Shown: piece after piece, positions 14,977-24,172 of the stretch
How positions within the stretch are numbered: the stretch's first letter is position 1
Layout of the letters: every line of letters begins with the position of its first letter
Origin: Candidatus Komeilibacteria bacterium CG_4_10_14_0_8_um_filter_37_78
Lineage (GTDB): Bacteria; Patescibacteriota; Patescibacteriia; UBA1558
Assembly (NCBI GenBank): GCA_002785295.1
Contig: PFMC01000013.1
Coordinates: 1-36,663, forward strand
Direction: 5' to 3'
Length of the DNA: 36,663 nt
Made by a program: the position numbers and the translations under genes
Notes under the pieces: model-generated
What the model was told of the DNA's origin: nothing
The model's database searches: none
The model's input: only the letters and a program-made list of their open reading frames with translations

Positions 14977-17003
14977 TGAATTTAGATAATTTTTTCCAAC
15001 CAAAGTCTATTGCTTTAATTGGTGCTTCTCGAGACACTACTTCTTTAGGTTTTAATCTTCTCAATAATTTATTGAAATATGGCTATGCTGGTAAATTGTA
15101 TCCGGTTAATCCTAAAGCCAAGACCATTCTCAATCTTATTTGCTTTTCAGCAGTCAAAGAGATCAAAGGAATTATTGATTTGGCGATTATCATGGTGCCA
15201 GCAGCAATAGTTAAAAATGTGTTGATTGAATGTGGCCAAAAAAAGATCAAGGCAGCGATTATCATTTCGTCTGGCTTCAAAGAAATGGATGCTACCGGAG
15301 CAGAGTTGGAAAAAGAATTGGTGATGATAGCAGCAAATTATCATATGCGTTTGCTCGGACCAAATTGTTTAGGTTTGATCAACCCACATCTAAATTTAAA
15401 CGCATCATTTGCCGAGGGTTTACCAGAACGGGGGAATATTTCATTGATTTCACAATCTGGTGCGATGGCTGTGGCTATTTTGGACTGGGCTTACCAAACA
15501 AAATTGGGTTTTAGTAAAATTGTCAGTATTGGAAATAAAGCAGACTTGTCAGAGATAGAATTGCTAGAATATTTAGCTCAGGATAAGTCAACTGAGGTTA
15601 TTTTATTATATTTAGAAAGTATCAAAGATGGTCGTCGTTTTATGGAAATAGCTAGTGAGATCAGTTTGCGAAAACCAATCATTGCTTTGAAAGCTGGTAA
15701 TAGTGCTGCAAGTCAGCAAGCGATTTTGTCACATACTGGCTCTTTGGCTGGTTCACTGCAGACAGTTGAGACAGCTTTTAAACAATGTGGCATCATCAAA
15801 GCCAATTCCATTGAAGATTTATTTGATTATGCCAAGGGTTTTAGTTTGGCCCCACCATTAAAGAATAATAGAGTAGCGGTGATCACCAATGCTGGTGGCT
15901 TGGGTATCGTCACTACTGATGCTTTGACTGAGACTACATTGCAATTGGCAACATTATCGACTAGCACAAAAAGCAAGTTAAAAGAAAAATTACCAGCATC
16001 TAGTAGTGTCAACAATCCAGTTGATTTGGTTGGTGATGCTTTAACTGATCGCTATGATTGGGCTTTACAGCAGGTCTTAGCTGACAAGGGCGTTGATGGT
16101 GTGATGGTCATTTTGACATCTCAGACGATGACGCAGGAGGATCAGACAGCAGAGTTGATCGTAAAATATGTTAAGCAAACAAAAAAGCCAATTTTTACTT
16201 GTTTTATGGGTGGTCAAGATATAAATTCTGGGCGTATTATTTTGTATCAAAATAATGTACCAAATTTTGAATTCGTTACTAGAATGGTTAAGACTGTGGA
16301 GCAGATGTATTTATACCAAAGCCAAAAAATAACAGTAAAGTTTGCCAACATTAAGTATCGTGAAAAGCAAATTGTTCATGATCAGCAACAATTACCAACT
16401 ATCGAGTGCGAGAAATTATTAATTAAGCACAAATTACCAGTCTTAAAAAGTGAGTTAATAACCGATCTTGGTGATTTGGTAAAAATAAAACAATGGCCAA
16501 TTGTGATGAAGATTGCTTCAACTGACATTATTCATAAAAAAGCTAGCAATGCTGTCGAGCTTAATATCAATACAATTGAAGCTGCACGGATGTCTTATCA
16601 AAGTATCATTCATAATGTTCAGAAAATTAACCCTAATGCCGACATTGATGGTGTACTATATCAACCCATGATGGCGTTGGGTCAAGAGATCATCATTGGC
16701 ATGAAAAGAGATGCAAGTTTTGGACCGGTGATGATGTTCGGGATGGGTGGTTCATTAGTAGAAATCTTTAAGGATCTTAGTTTTGCGATAGCTCCAGTGT
16801 CCAAAGAACAGGCTATGAAGATGATCACTAGGATTAGGAGTTTTGAGTTAATCAAAGATTATGATTTGTCTGCTTTAGCTGATATAATAGTAAGACTGGC
16901 TAACTTTTCATTAAGCTATAATCAGATCAGCTCGATTGATTTGAATCCAGTAATGCTTTATCAAAAAGGAGCTAAAATAGTAGATGTCAGAATAATGTTA
17001 TGA
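14976..17003 (+). CDS. acd: acetate--CoA ligase (ADP-forming), fused alpha/beta domains
   Basis: CoA-binding N-terminus PKSIALIGASRD, phosphohistidine loop LSHTGSLAG, C-terminal ATP-grasp-like region. 675 aa. Confidence 0.92.
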   Translation: MNLDNFFQPKSIALIGASRDTTSLGFNLLNNLLKYGYAGKLYPVNPKAKTILNLICFSAVKEIKGIIDLAIIMVPAAIVKNVLIECGQKKIKAAIIISSGFKEMDATGAELEKELVMIAANYHMRLLGPNCLGLINPHLNLNASFAEGLPERGNISLISQSGAMAVAILDWAYQTKLGFSKIVSIGNKADLSEIELLEYLAQDKSTEVILLYLESIKDGRRFMEIASEISLRKPIIALKAGNSAASQQAILSHTGSLAGSLQTVETAFKQCGIIKANSIEDLFDYAKGFSLAPPLKNNRVAVITNAGGLGIVTTDALTETTLQLATLSTSTKSKLKEKLPASSSVNNPVDLVGDALTDRYDWALQQVLADKGVDGVMVILTSQTMTQEDQTAELIVKYVKQTKKPIFTCFMGGQDINSGRIILYQNNVPNFEFVTRMVKTVEQMYLYQSQKITVKFANIKYREKQIVHDQQQLPTIECEKLLIKHKLPVLKSELITDLGDLVKIKQWPIVMKIASTDIIHKKASNAVELNINTIEAARMSYQSIIHNVQKINPNADIDGVLYQPMMALGQEIIIGMKRDASFGPVMMFGMGGSLVEIFKDLSFAIAPVSKEQAMKMITRIRSFELIKDYDLSALADIIVRLANFSLSYNQISSIDLNPVMLYQKGAKIVDVRIML

Positions 17004-18187
17004 TCAAAAAAGTAATTATATTAAGTTTTGTTTTGCTCTTTGGTTGCTGGGTCAATAATACTCAAGCAGCGACTTATGATTTGAAACTAGAGAGTGGTGA
17101 TATCAGTTTTTCCGAAAGCGTCTTGATTGCTGGTAGTACAGTCAGAGTTTATGCTCGTATTTATAATACTGGCACTGAAGATATCGCTGGTTATGTCACT
17201 TTTTATCGTGGTGCTGCCATCGTTGATGATTCACAAACTGTTTCAGTCAGGCCAGGCAATTTTGCAGATGCCTGGGTTGATTTCCAAGTGCCAAATACAG
17301 CTTTTAATGTTTTAGCCAGAATTCAAGGCACACAACCAGCTGATCAAAATACCAGTAATAATGAAGCTTTAACTGGTTTGGTCACTCCAGATTTTGATAC
17401 TGATGGTGATGGTATTGCCAATTCGATTGATCCAGATGACGATAATGATAGTTTGACTGATTTGCAAGAACAACAATTGGGAACCAATCCTCTGGATACA
17501 GATTCTGACAATGATGGTGCTAGTGATTCGCAAGATGCTTTCCCTTTAAATAGCAATGAACAATTGGATACAGACAATGATACTATTGGTAATAATGCTG
17601 ATCCAGATGACGATAATGATGGCTTAGTTGATACAGAGGAAATATCTTTAGGAACCAATCCTTTGCTTGCTGACTCTGATGGGGATGGCGTTAATGACAA
17701 AAATGATTTTTATCCTCTGGATGGTAATCGTTCGGTTGAAGTAAGAGACATTTTTGAGCCAACACCAGAACTGAATAATAACGATGATAGTGAATTGCCT
17801 AGCGATACAGATGTTTTGCAAGATTTACAGAATATTTTGGATCAGACACAGGCATTGGATGATCAAGATGAGCCATTGCAAATTGACGCTATTATCAATT
17901 CGAATTTTAATCAATCCAAGGATGATAGTCAGCAAGGTTTTTGGCAAGCAATCTCGCAATGGTGGCTCTGGTTGATCGTCAGCATTGTGATGGTTATCGC
18001 TATTGCAGCTTATTATTTATATTTTCATTGGTTGGATAAAAAATATTTAGTAGCAAGGCCAGTGCAAGAAAAATTGGTTGTGGAAAAAGCCTTACCTGCA
18101 AAAACGATTAAACTGCAGCCAACCGTAACGCCACTTGATTTAAGACAGGGTCGTAGTAATAAGCGTTCACATAAAATGGATTTATAA
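17000..18187 (+). CDS. secreted, C-terminally membrane-anchored surface protein with a CARDB-like domain and thrombospondin type-3-like Ca-binding repeats
   Basis: Signal peptide MIKKVIILSFVLLFGCWVNNTQA. CARDB-like IAGSTVRVYARIYNTGTEDIAG. Repeats DTDGDGIANSIDPDDDND, DTDSDNDGASD, DTDNDTIGNNADPDDDNDG and DSDGDGVNDKND. Acidic linker and TM segment WWLWLIVSIVMVIAIAAYYLYF. Confidence 0.8.
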   Translation: MIKKVIILSFVLLFGCWVNNTQAATYDLKLESGDISFSESVLIAGSTVRVYARIYNTGTEDIAGYVTFYRGAAIVDDSQTVSVRPGNFADAWVDFQVPNTAFNVLARIQGTQPADQNTSNNEALTGLVTPDFDTDGDGIANSIDPDDDNDSLTDLQEQQLGTNPLDTDSDNDGASDSQDAFPLNSNEQLDTDNDTIGNNADPDDDNDGLVDTEEISLGTNPLLADSDGDGVNDKNDFYPLDGNRSVEVRDIFEPTPELNNNDDSELPSDTDVLQDLQNILDQTQALDDQDEPLQIDAIINSNFNQSKDDSQQGFWQAISQWWLWLIVSIVMVIAIAAYYLYFHWLDKKYLVARPVQEKLVVEKALPAKTIKLQPTVTPLDLRQGRSNKRSHKMDL

Positions 18188-18188
18188 A

Positions 18189-19232
18189 ATGAAGAAACTA
18201 TTAACTGGTAATGAAGTGATCGTCCAAGCAGCTCTAGCTTCTGGTGCTTTGGGTTATGCTGGTTATCCGATCACGCCGGCGACTGAGATCATGACTGAGT
18301 GGGATAAAGCCTTTGTTAAAGATAAGAATTTACGTTTTTTACAAACCGAAGATGAGATGTCTGCTGGCTTTGTCACTATTGGGATGATTATGGGTGGAAT
18401 TAAGGCTTTTACAGCTACAGCCGGTCCTGGTAATACTTTAATGCAAGATCCTTTGACCATGGCTGAGAATATGCGTATTCCAATGGTAGTGATTATTGCT
18501 CAACGTGGTGGTCCTTCTACTGGATCTGTGATCTATTCACAGCAAGAAGTAATACTTTCTGGTTGGGGTGGAAATTCAGAGGGATACCGAGTTGTTTATT
18601 CACCTTCAAACATACAGGAGCTTTATGACTATACTATTAAGGCTTTTAATACAGCTTGGACCCATATGTTTCCAACTATTGTTCTGACCGATGGCTATGT
18701 TGTAAAAACTAGACAGTCAGTAGATATTTATCAGCCAAAAAAGCTAGTTAAGTCTCATCCTTTAGTAGTAAAAAGTTATGAGCGGAATGCAGATAAAGAA
18801 TTGGATTACCAGAATCTTTCTAATACTTTTGTGACAGAGGAGCAAAGTTATGAGGTTAATATGGATTTAATGAATGCTTTTAAGAAGATGACACCAAAGG
18901 TTGTAGAATCTGAAGTGTATCAGAAGGGAAACTACAAAACTTTAATAATTGTGCATGGTCTTGTAGCAGGGGCAGCCAAAGAAGCTGTAGATATGAAGGG
19001 TAAAGAAAAGAAATTTGGACTATTTAGGCCAATTACTTTAAACCCGTTCCCAATTAATGAATTAAAGAAGGCAGCTAGGGGAGTGAAACAGATTATTGTC
19101 GCAGAATCAGCTCATAACCAACTACAAAAGCTAGTTAAAGAAGCTTTGTATGGTGAGCATATTAATATTAAACAATATGGCCGACCAGGCCTTGGTATTA
19201 CACCAGAAGAATTAATTAAATTAGTTAAATAA
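18189..19232 (+). CDS. 2-oxoacid:ferredoxin oxidoreductase, alpha subunit
   Basis: LTGNEVIVQAALASGALGYAGYPITPATEI, typical of the POR/KOR alpha N-terminus. 347 aa. Confidence 0.9.
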   Translation: MKKLLTGNEVIVQAALASGALGYAGYPITPATEIMTEWDKAFVKDKNLRFLQTEDEMSAGFVTIGMIMGGIKAFTATAGPGNTLMQDPLTMAENMRIPMVVIIAQRGGPSTGSVIYSQQEVILSGWGGNSEGYRVVYSPSNIQELYDYTIKAFNTAWTHMFPTIVLTDGYVVKTRQSVDIYQPKKLVKSHPLVVKSYERNADKELDYQNLSNTFVTEEQSYEVNMDLMNAFKKMTPKVVESEVYQKGNYKTLIIVHGLVAGAAKEAVDMKGKEKKFGLFRPITLNPFPINELKKAARGVKQIIVAESAHNQLQKLVKEALYGEHINIKQYGRPGLGITPEELIKLVK

Positions 19233-19233
19233 T

Positions 19234-19716
19234 ATGAAAAAAACAAAAGGTTTTACACTATTAGAATTGCTAGTTGTTATAGCTATTATTGGCTTGATCT
19301 CAACTTTTGCTGCTGTTCAGTTGAATTCGGGTAGAGAAAAAGCTAGAGATGCTAAGAGAATAGCGGATGTTAAGGCTGTGCAAACAGCGATGGAGTTTAT
19401 TTATGATGATAATGGTGATTATGATTTAGCAGCATGTACTGATACGGATGATCCTATCGGAATACATACCTGTACTAGTTCTGGTCTGGAAACATATATT
19501 CCTCGGGTAGCTGATTTGCAAGATCCCAGTGCAACAACCCTTGCAGGGTGTATTGATGCTGCTGCTGCTGTCTGCCAGATGAGTTTTGCTACCCGACCTA
19601 CTGGTAGTGCTCAAGCTTACACAATCCATTTTTATTTAGAACAAGCAAATGCAGCTCTGGGGACAACAGCGGCGGCTGATTGTACTGCCACTGAAAACGG
19701 TATTGACTGTTCCTAA
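19234..19716 (+). CDS. type IV pilin / GspG-like pseudopilin
   Basis: MKKTKG|FTLLELLVVIAIIGLISTFA followed by REKARDAKRIADV. Six Cys, including the C-terminal loop CTATENGIDCS. Confidence 0.9.
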   Translation: MKKTKGFTLLELLVVIAIIGLISTFAAVQLNSGREKARDAKRIADVKAVQTAMEFIYDDNGDYDLAACTDTDDPIGIHTCTSSGLETYIPRVADLQDPSATTLAGCIDAAAAVCQMSFATRPTGSAQAYTIHFYLEQANAALGTTAAADCTATENGIDCS

Positions 19717-19741
19717 TTAATAATTTATTTAGTGTCAGAAT

Positions 19742-20230
19742 ATGAGAAGAGCTGGATTTACATTACTGGAATTACTTGTAGTTATTGCGATCATTGGTTT
19801 ACTTTCTACTTTTGCTGTTGTTAGTTTAAATTCTGGAAGAGCCAAGGCAAGGGATGCGAGAAGAGCTTCAGATATTCGTCAAATAATGACAGCTTTAGAG
19901 TTTTATTTTGATGATGTTGGTGAATATCCGGAAACTATTGCCACAAGAATAATTTTAATCGGCAGTTCGGCAGCAGATGTGTTGTGTTATGATCAAGGAG
20001 ATAGTATACCAACGATTGGCTTTTATTCTAGTGAAGCACCGTGTGAAATAGTCTATATGGCTGAAGTGCCGACGGATCCACAAAATTCTAGTCCTTATCG
20101 TTATACATATTTGAATAATACAGGCGCTACCGATTCCTATACAATTACTTTTGAATTAGAAAATCCTAATACAGCCTGGGGGGCAGATACAGATTGTCAA
20201 GCCAGTCCAGGAATAGTAGTTTGTGATTAA
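19742..20230 (+). CDS. type IV pilin / GspG-like pseudopilin (paralog of the preceding gene)
   Basis: MRRAG|FTLLELLVVIAIIGLLSTFA followed by RAKARDARRASDI. C-terminal loop CQASPGIVVCD. Confidence 0.9.
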   Translation: MRRAGFTLLELLVVIAIIGLLSTFAVVSLNSGRAKARDARRASDIRQIMTALEFYFDDVGEYPETIATRIILIGSSAADVLCYDQGDSIPTIGFYSSEAPCEIVYMAEVPTDPQNSSPYRYTYLNNTGATDSYTITFELENPNTAWGADTDCQASPGIVVCD

Positions 20231-20245
20231 TTTTTTAAAAATTTA

Positions 20246-20974
20246 ATGTCAGATTTAACAGTTCCAAAGTGTTGGAAGTTATCTTCCAAGCCACATAACT
20301 TTTGTCCAGGCTGTGGATACCCAATAATGTATAAAGCATTGGGTGAAAACATAGATGAGATGAAATTACAGAACAAGACCTTTATTGGTTTAGATATTGG
20401 TTGTGCTTTACTTTCCTGGGATTTTTTTAATGTCGATACGATGCAGACACATCATGGCCGAACCATCCCAGTTGTGGTTGGTTTTAAAAAAGTTCAACCA
20501 GATTCTGTCGGCATTGCAATTGTTGGCGATGGTGGTGGCTACGCAATTGGAGCACAGCACCTGATCAATGCTCGGATGCGTAATGAACCAATGACAGTAA
20601 TAGTAGTCAACAATGCTGTCTATGGCATGACTGGTGGACAAGAAGCACCAACATCCTTACCTGGTCAGATAACATCTACTTCAGTGACTGGAGCAGATCA
20701 ACATATTATTCAAGGATCAAGGATGTTAACTGAAATGCTCGATGATGAGGTGTATATAGCTCGTGGCTCGGTAGACAATCTAATTCAACTAAAGACATTT
20801 ATTAAAAGAGCTCTAGAGTGGCAAATCAATAAGAAAGGTTTTTCTCTGGTTGAAGTATTGTCTTTTTGTCCAACCAATTGGCATACTGACGCCAAACAAA
20901 CTAGAGCCTTTTTAAATACCATGAAGCAGCGTTATCCAGTAGGCGAATTTAAATTAAAAAAGAATAAAGAGTAA
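20246..20974 (+). CDS. 2-oxoacid:ferredoxin oxidoreductase, beta (TPP-binding) subunit
   Basis: FCPGCGYP and the TPP motif region IVGDGGGYAIGAQHLINA...NNAVYGMTGGQ. Confidence 0.92.
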   Translation: MSDLTVPKCWKLSSKPHNFCPGCGYPIMYKALGENIDEMKLQNKTFIGLDIGCALLSWDFFNVDTMQTHHGRTIPVVVGFKKVQPDSVGIAIVGDGGGYAIGAQHLINARMRNEPMTVIVVNNAVYGMTGGQEAPTSLPGQITSTSVTGADQHIIQGSRMLTEMLDDEVYIARGSVDNLIQLKTFIKRALEWQINKKGFSLVEVLSFCPTNWHTDAKQTRAFLNTMKQRYPVGEFKLKKNKE

Positions 20975-21526
20975 ATGATAAAGCGTTTAGAAAAAAAATT
21001 GAATATTTGTATTGCTGGCGAAGGTGGTCAAGGAGTGCAAACTATTGCCAAGGTGATTGTTAACACAGCTTTTCAGCAAAATTTGGAAGCAACTTATGTC
21101 CCCAATTATGGCGTTGAACAAAGAGGTGGAGTTTCGATTGCTTTTGTTCGTTTAGCTGACCAGCACATTTCTTATCCCAAGTTTGAGACAGCAGATGTGG
21201 CCATTCTTTTATCAGATCGATCTTATGAGCGGATCAAACAGCATATTGGTCAGCAGACCAAGGTTATTTATAATAAAGATTTTATTACCAGGAGATTGCC
21301 GTTTAAATTCAAGGGTTATCGTTTTGATCAACTCGCTAATGATTTGGGCGAGCATCGTGTTTTTAATATGTTGATTCTAGGAAAACTAGTAAAGATGATC
21401 AATATTTTTGAGCTAGAGGATATCATCAATACTACCCATCAGAAGTTTGCCAGTAAATATGAGAAGAATCAGAAATTGAAAGAATTCAATGCTCAGGCAA
21501 TAGAAATGGGTTATCAATTGAAATGA
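20975..21526 (+). CDS. 2-oxoacid:ferredoxin oxidoreductase, gamma subunit
   Basis: ICIAGEGGQGVQTIAKV (GxGGQG). 183 aa. Start abuts the beta stop. Confidence 0.9.
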   Translation: MIKRLEKKLNICIAGEGGQGVQTIAKVIVNTAFQQNLEATYVPNYGVEQRGGVSIAFVRLADQHISYPKFETADVAILLSDRSYERIKQHIGQQTKVIYNKDFITRRLPFKFKGYRFDQLANDLGEHRVFNMLILGKLVKMINIFELEDIINTTHQKFASKYEKNQKLKEFNAQAIEMGYQLK

Positions 21527-21792
21527 TGGAAAAAAAAGATTTTAAAACATATCGTCAGGAAACCAAGGAGATGATTTATGACAATCATCTAGCTTTGTGT
21601 AAGGGTTGTGGTCTTTGTATCGAGTATTGTCCTGTGAAGTGTATCAAATTTCACGAAACAAATCGGGGACATTTTGGCAGTCCAGCTATTAACGCTGATC
21701 TTGATATTTGTACAAAATGTCGGATGTGCGAGCGGATTTGCCCTGATGGGGCAATTCATATTAAAATAAAGGAACTAAAGGAGAAGAAATAG
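21523..21792 (+). CDS. 2-oxoacid:ferredoxin oxidoreductase, delta subunit (2x[4Fe-4S] ferredoxin)
   Basis: Two cluster motifs, CKGCGLCIEYCP and CTKCRMCERICP. 89 aa. ATGA overlap with gamma. Confidence 0.9.
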   Translation: MMEKKDFKTYRQETKEMIYDNHLALCKGCGLCIEYCPVKCIKFHETNRGHFGSPAINADLDICTKCRMCERICPDGAIHIKIKELKEKK

Positions 21793-21909
21793 TCTTTTCA
21801 GTTTTTTTTGATATTATGATAAAATAAGGTATTATGGTTAAATTGTTAAATGGTTGTTGAGAGTGAAATTAACAATTTAACAATATGACAATTTATCAAT
21901 TTAATTAGT

Positions 21910-21934
21910 AGTTGGGTCGCCAACTTTTTATTTT
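21910..21934 (+). terminator. weak hairpin plus T-tract (possible terminator of the OFOR operon)
   Basis: AGTTGG (21910-21915), loop GTCG, CCAACT (21920-21925), then TTTTATTTT. Confidence 0.35.
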
Positions 21935-21945
21935 CAATAAACCTT

Positions 21946-23694
21946 ATGAAGTGGGTTTTGAGAGAACAGCTGAATAAAAAACAAATCGATCATTTTCCAG
22001 AGATTAATCCAATTGTTGTGCAATTATTGCATAATCGTGGTTTAGACACACAACTCGAGATTGACCAATTTTTGACTCCTGATTATTCTCAGGATATTCA
22101 TGATCCATATTTATTCAATCAGATGCAGGCCGCAGTTGATCGTATTTTTTTGGCCAAGAAAAATAAGGAAAAAGTTTGTGTTTTTGGTGATTATGATGTG
22201 GATGGCGTCACAGGTTCGGCAATTATTAGCACTTTCTTGGCAGAACAGGGTTTCAATTATACTTGTTATATTCCACATCGAGATCGCGAAGGCTATGGTC
22301 TAAATGAACAAGCAGTTGATAAAATTGCGCAAACTGGCGCCAGTTTGATTATCACAGTTGATTGCGGTATTAGTAATGGTGCGGAAATCAAAATTGCCAA
22401 AGATAAACACAAGATTGATACGATCATTGTTGATCATCATGACTTGTCTAAGAAACAACCACCAGCTGTCGCAATTGTGCACGCTCGTCTGCCCCATGAA
22501 AATTTTCCTTACAAGACGTTGTCTGGTGGGGGCACTGCTTTTAAATTGGTGCAGGGTTTGCTGAGAGATAAATCATTGAAATATGATCAGGCCATGATAG
22601 AGAGTAAAGAAAAGTGGTTACTCGATTTAGTAGCTTTGAGCACGATTGGCGATATGATGCCGCTTTTGGGAGAAAATAGAACTTTGGTAAAATATGGTTT
22701 GATTGTCTTGGGTAAGACACGTCGCTTGGGTTTGCAAAAATTAATGGAAGGTGCTGGTGTTGATCTTAATCAAATGAATACTCAGAAAGTTGGTTGGCAC
22801 ATCAATCCACGAATCAATGCAGCGGGGCGATTGCAGCATGCCAATCTGGCTTATCAGTTGATCATGACTGATAATATTGAACAGGCGATCATGATGTCTA
22901 GCGAATTGAATAAGAGTAATCAGGAAAGACAAAAGCTGACCGAACAATATGTCAAAGAGGCTGACGAGCAAGTACAAAAACAATTAGCTGGCAAAAATCA
23001 AGCTTTGATTGCTTATAATGATGATTGGGCGCCTGGTGTTTTGGGATTGGTAGCTGGTCGCTTGTCTAGTCGTTATTATCGACCAGTTTATGCTCTGACC
23101 AAATTGGATAATAAATATGTAGCTTCTGGTCGCAGTATCGCTGAATATAATATTACAGAATCATTAGAAGATAATAAAGAATTATTTATTAAGTATGGCG
23201 GTCACCCAGTAGCTTGTGGGTTTAGTATTGAAGAAGATAAATTGTCGCTATTTATTGAGCAATTGACCAAGTATAGCCAGAATAGATTGGCAAAGATGAA
23301 ACTAGAACCACAAATCTGGATTGATAGCGAGATCAAACTAATCGATTGTAATTGGGATTTGTTTAAGTTTTTGAAAGATTTTGAGCCATATGGTGGTAGT
23401 AATGAAGAGCCATTATTTTTGATCAGAGATTTGGCTGTTACTGATTGGCAGACTGTGGGTAAAGATAGTAAACACCTCAGGCTTTATGTGAAGCAGGGTG
23501 AAGTGATCAAGAAAGCAATTGCTTTTGGTTTAGGAGAGTGGGCGAAAGATCTTAAGATAGATTCAAGAGTAGATATTATTTGTAAGATTGGAGTCAATGA
23601 GTGGAATGGTAACCGTGAATTGCAAATTACTATTGAAGATTTAAAATTAACTCCAGTTGCTGGACAGCAGGCTAGCATAGCGGGTAAGGATTAA
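21946..23694 (+). CDS. recJ: single-stranded-DNA-specific exonuclease RecJ
   Basis: DHH motifs VFGDYDVDGVTG, ITVDCG and IIVDHHD. DHHA1 motif GGHPVACGF. Confidence 0.95.
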   Translation: MKWVLREQLNKKQIDHFPEINPIVVQLLHNRGLDTQLEIDQFLTPDYSQDIHDPYLFNQMQAAVDRIFLAKKNKEKVCVFGDYDVDGVTGSAIISTFLAEQGFNYTCYIPHRDREGYGLNEQAVDKIAQTGASLIITVDCGISNGAEIKIAKDKHKIDTIIVDHHDLSKKQPPAVAIVHARLPHENFPYKTLSGGGTAFKLVQGLLRDKSLKYDQAMIESKEKWLLDLVALSTIGDMMPLLGENRTLVKYGLIVLGKTRRLGLQKLMEGAGVDLNQMNTQKVGWHINPRINAAGRLQHANLAYQLIMTDNIEQAIMMSSELNKSNQERQKLTEQYVKEADEQVQKQLAGKNQALIAYNDDWAPGVLGLVAGRLSSRYYRPVYALTKLDNKYVASGRSIAEYNITESLEDNKELFIKYGGHPVACGFSIEEDKLSLFIEQLTKYSQNRLAKMKLEPQIWIDSEIKLIDCNWDLFKFLKDFEPYGGSNEEPLFLIRDLAVTDWQTVGKDSKHLRLYVKQGEVIKKAIAFGLGEWAKDLKIDSRVDIICKIGVNEWNGNRELQITIEDLKLTPVAGQQASIAGKD

Positions 23695-23698
23695 TAGT

Positions 23699-24106
23699 AT
23701 GGAACAGAAATTAAAACTTTATACAGATGGTGGCGCACGTGGCAATCCTGGACCAGCAGCGGCTGGTATTGTCATTATGAATCTACAAAATACAGTGATC
23801 GAATCATTTGGTCAATGCTTAGGCACCACAACAAATAATCAAGCAGAGTATCAAGGTTTGATTTTGGGTTTGAAAAGAGTGACTGAGCTAGGCGCAACAG
23901 AAGTAGAAGTTTATATGGATAGTGAGTTGATCATTGAACAGATGAAGAGAAATTATAAAGTGAAAAATGCAGAATTAGCAACACTCTTTGTTAAAGCTTG
24001 GAATCTTAGCTTAGCTTTTAAGAAAATATCATGGCGCCATGTTAGTCGGGGTGATAATAAATTGGCTGACGCAGAGGTCAACAAGGCTTTAGACGAGAAT
24101 CTATAA
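23699..24106 (+). CDS. rnhA: ribonuclease HI (short type 1 RNase H)
   Basis: LYTDGGARGNPGPAAAG, NNQAEYQGL, MDSELIIEQM and NKLADAEVN supply the D-E-D-D catalytic context. Confidence 0.88.
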   Translation: MEQKLKLYTDGGARGNPGPAAAGIVIMNLQNTVIESFGQCLGTTTNNQAEYQGLILGLKRVTELGATEVEVYMDSELIIEQMKRNYKVKNAELATLFVKAWNLSLAFKKISWRHVSRGDNKLADAEVNKALDENL

Positions 24107-24172
24107 TGGTCTAGTGGGGCAGTCGATTAACGCTTCATATTTTTAAGCTTTTATGTTATATTAATAACTGAT

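Noticed and set aside
15083-16015. Alternative-frame and antisense ORFs within the acetyl-CoA synthetase gene. The same applies to similar ORFs in recJ, rseP, proS and mrdA.
   Set aside because: All are nested in well-supported genes and lack motifs.
17344-17700. 118-aa antisense ORF across the TSP3-repeat region.
   Set aside because: It is an artefact of repetitive GAT/GAC/AAT codons, which read as Ser/Leu-rich text on the opposite strand.
19234-20230. The idea that OFOR-embedded pilins are conductive e-pilins linking ferredoxin metabolism to extracellular electron transfer.
   Set aside because: Both are full-length pilins of about 150 aa with globular, disulfide-bonded heads. They are not Geobacter-like truncated aromatic-dense pilins, and no cytochromes are nearby. 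The speculation is not supported by the sequence.
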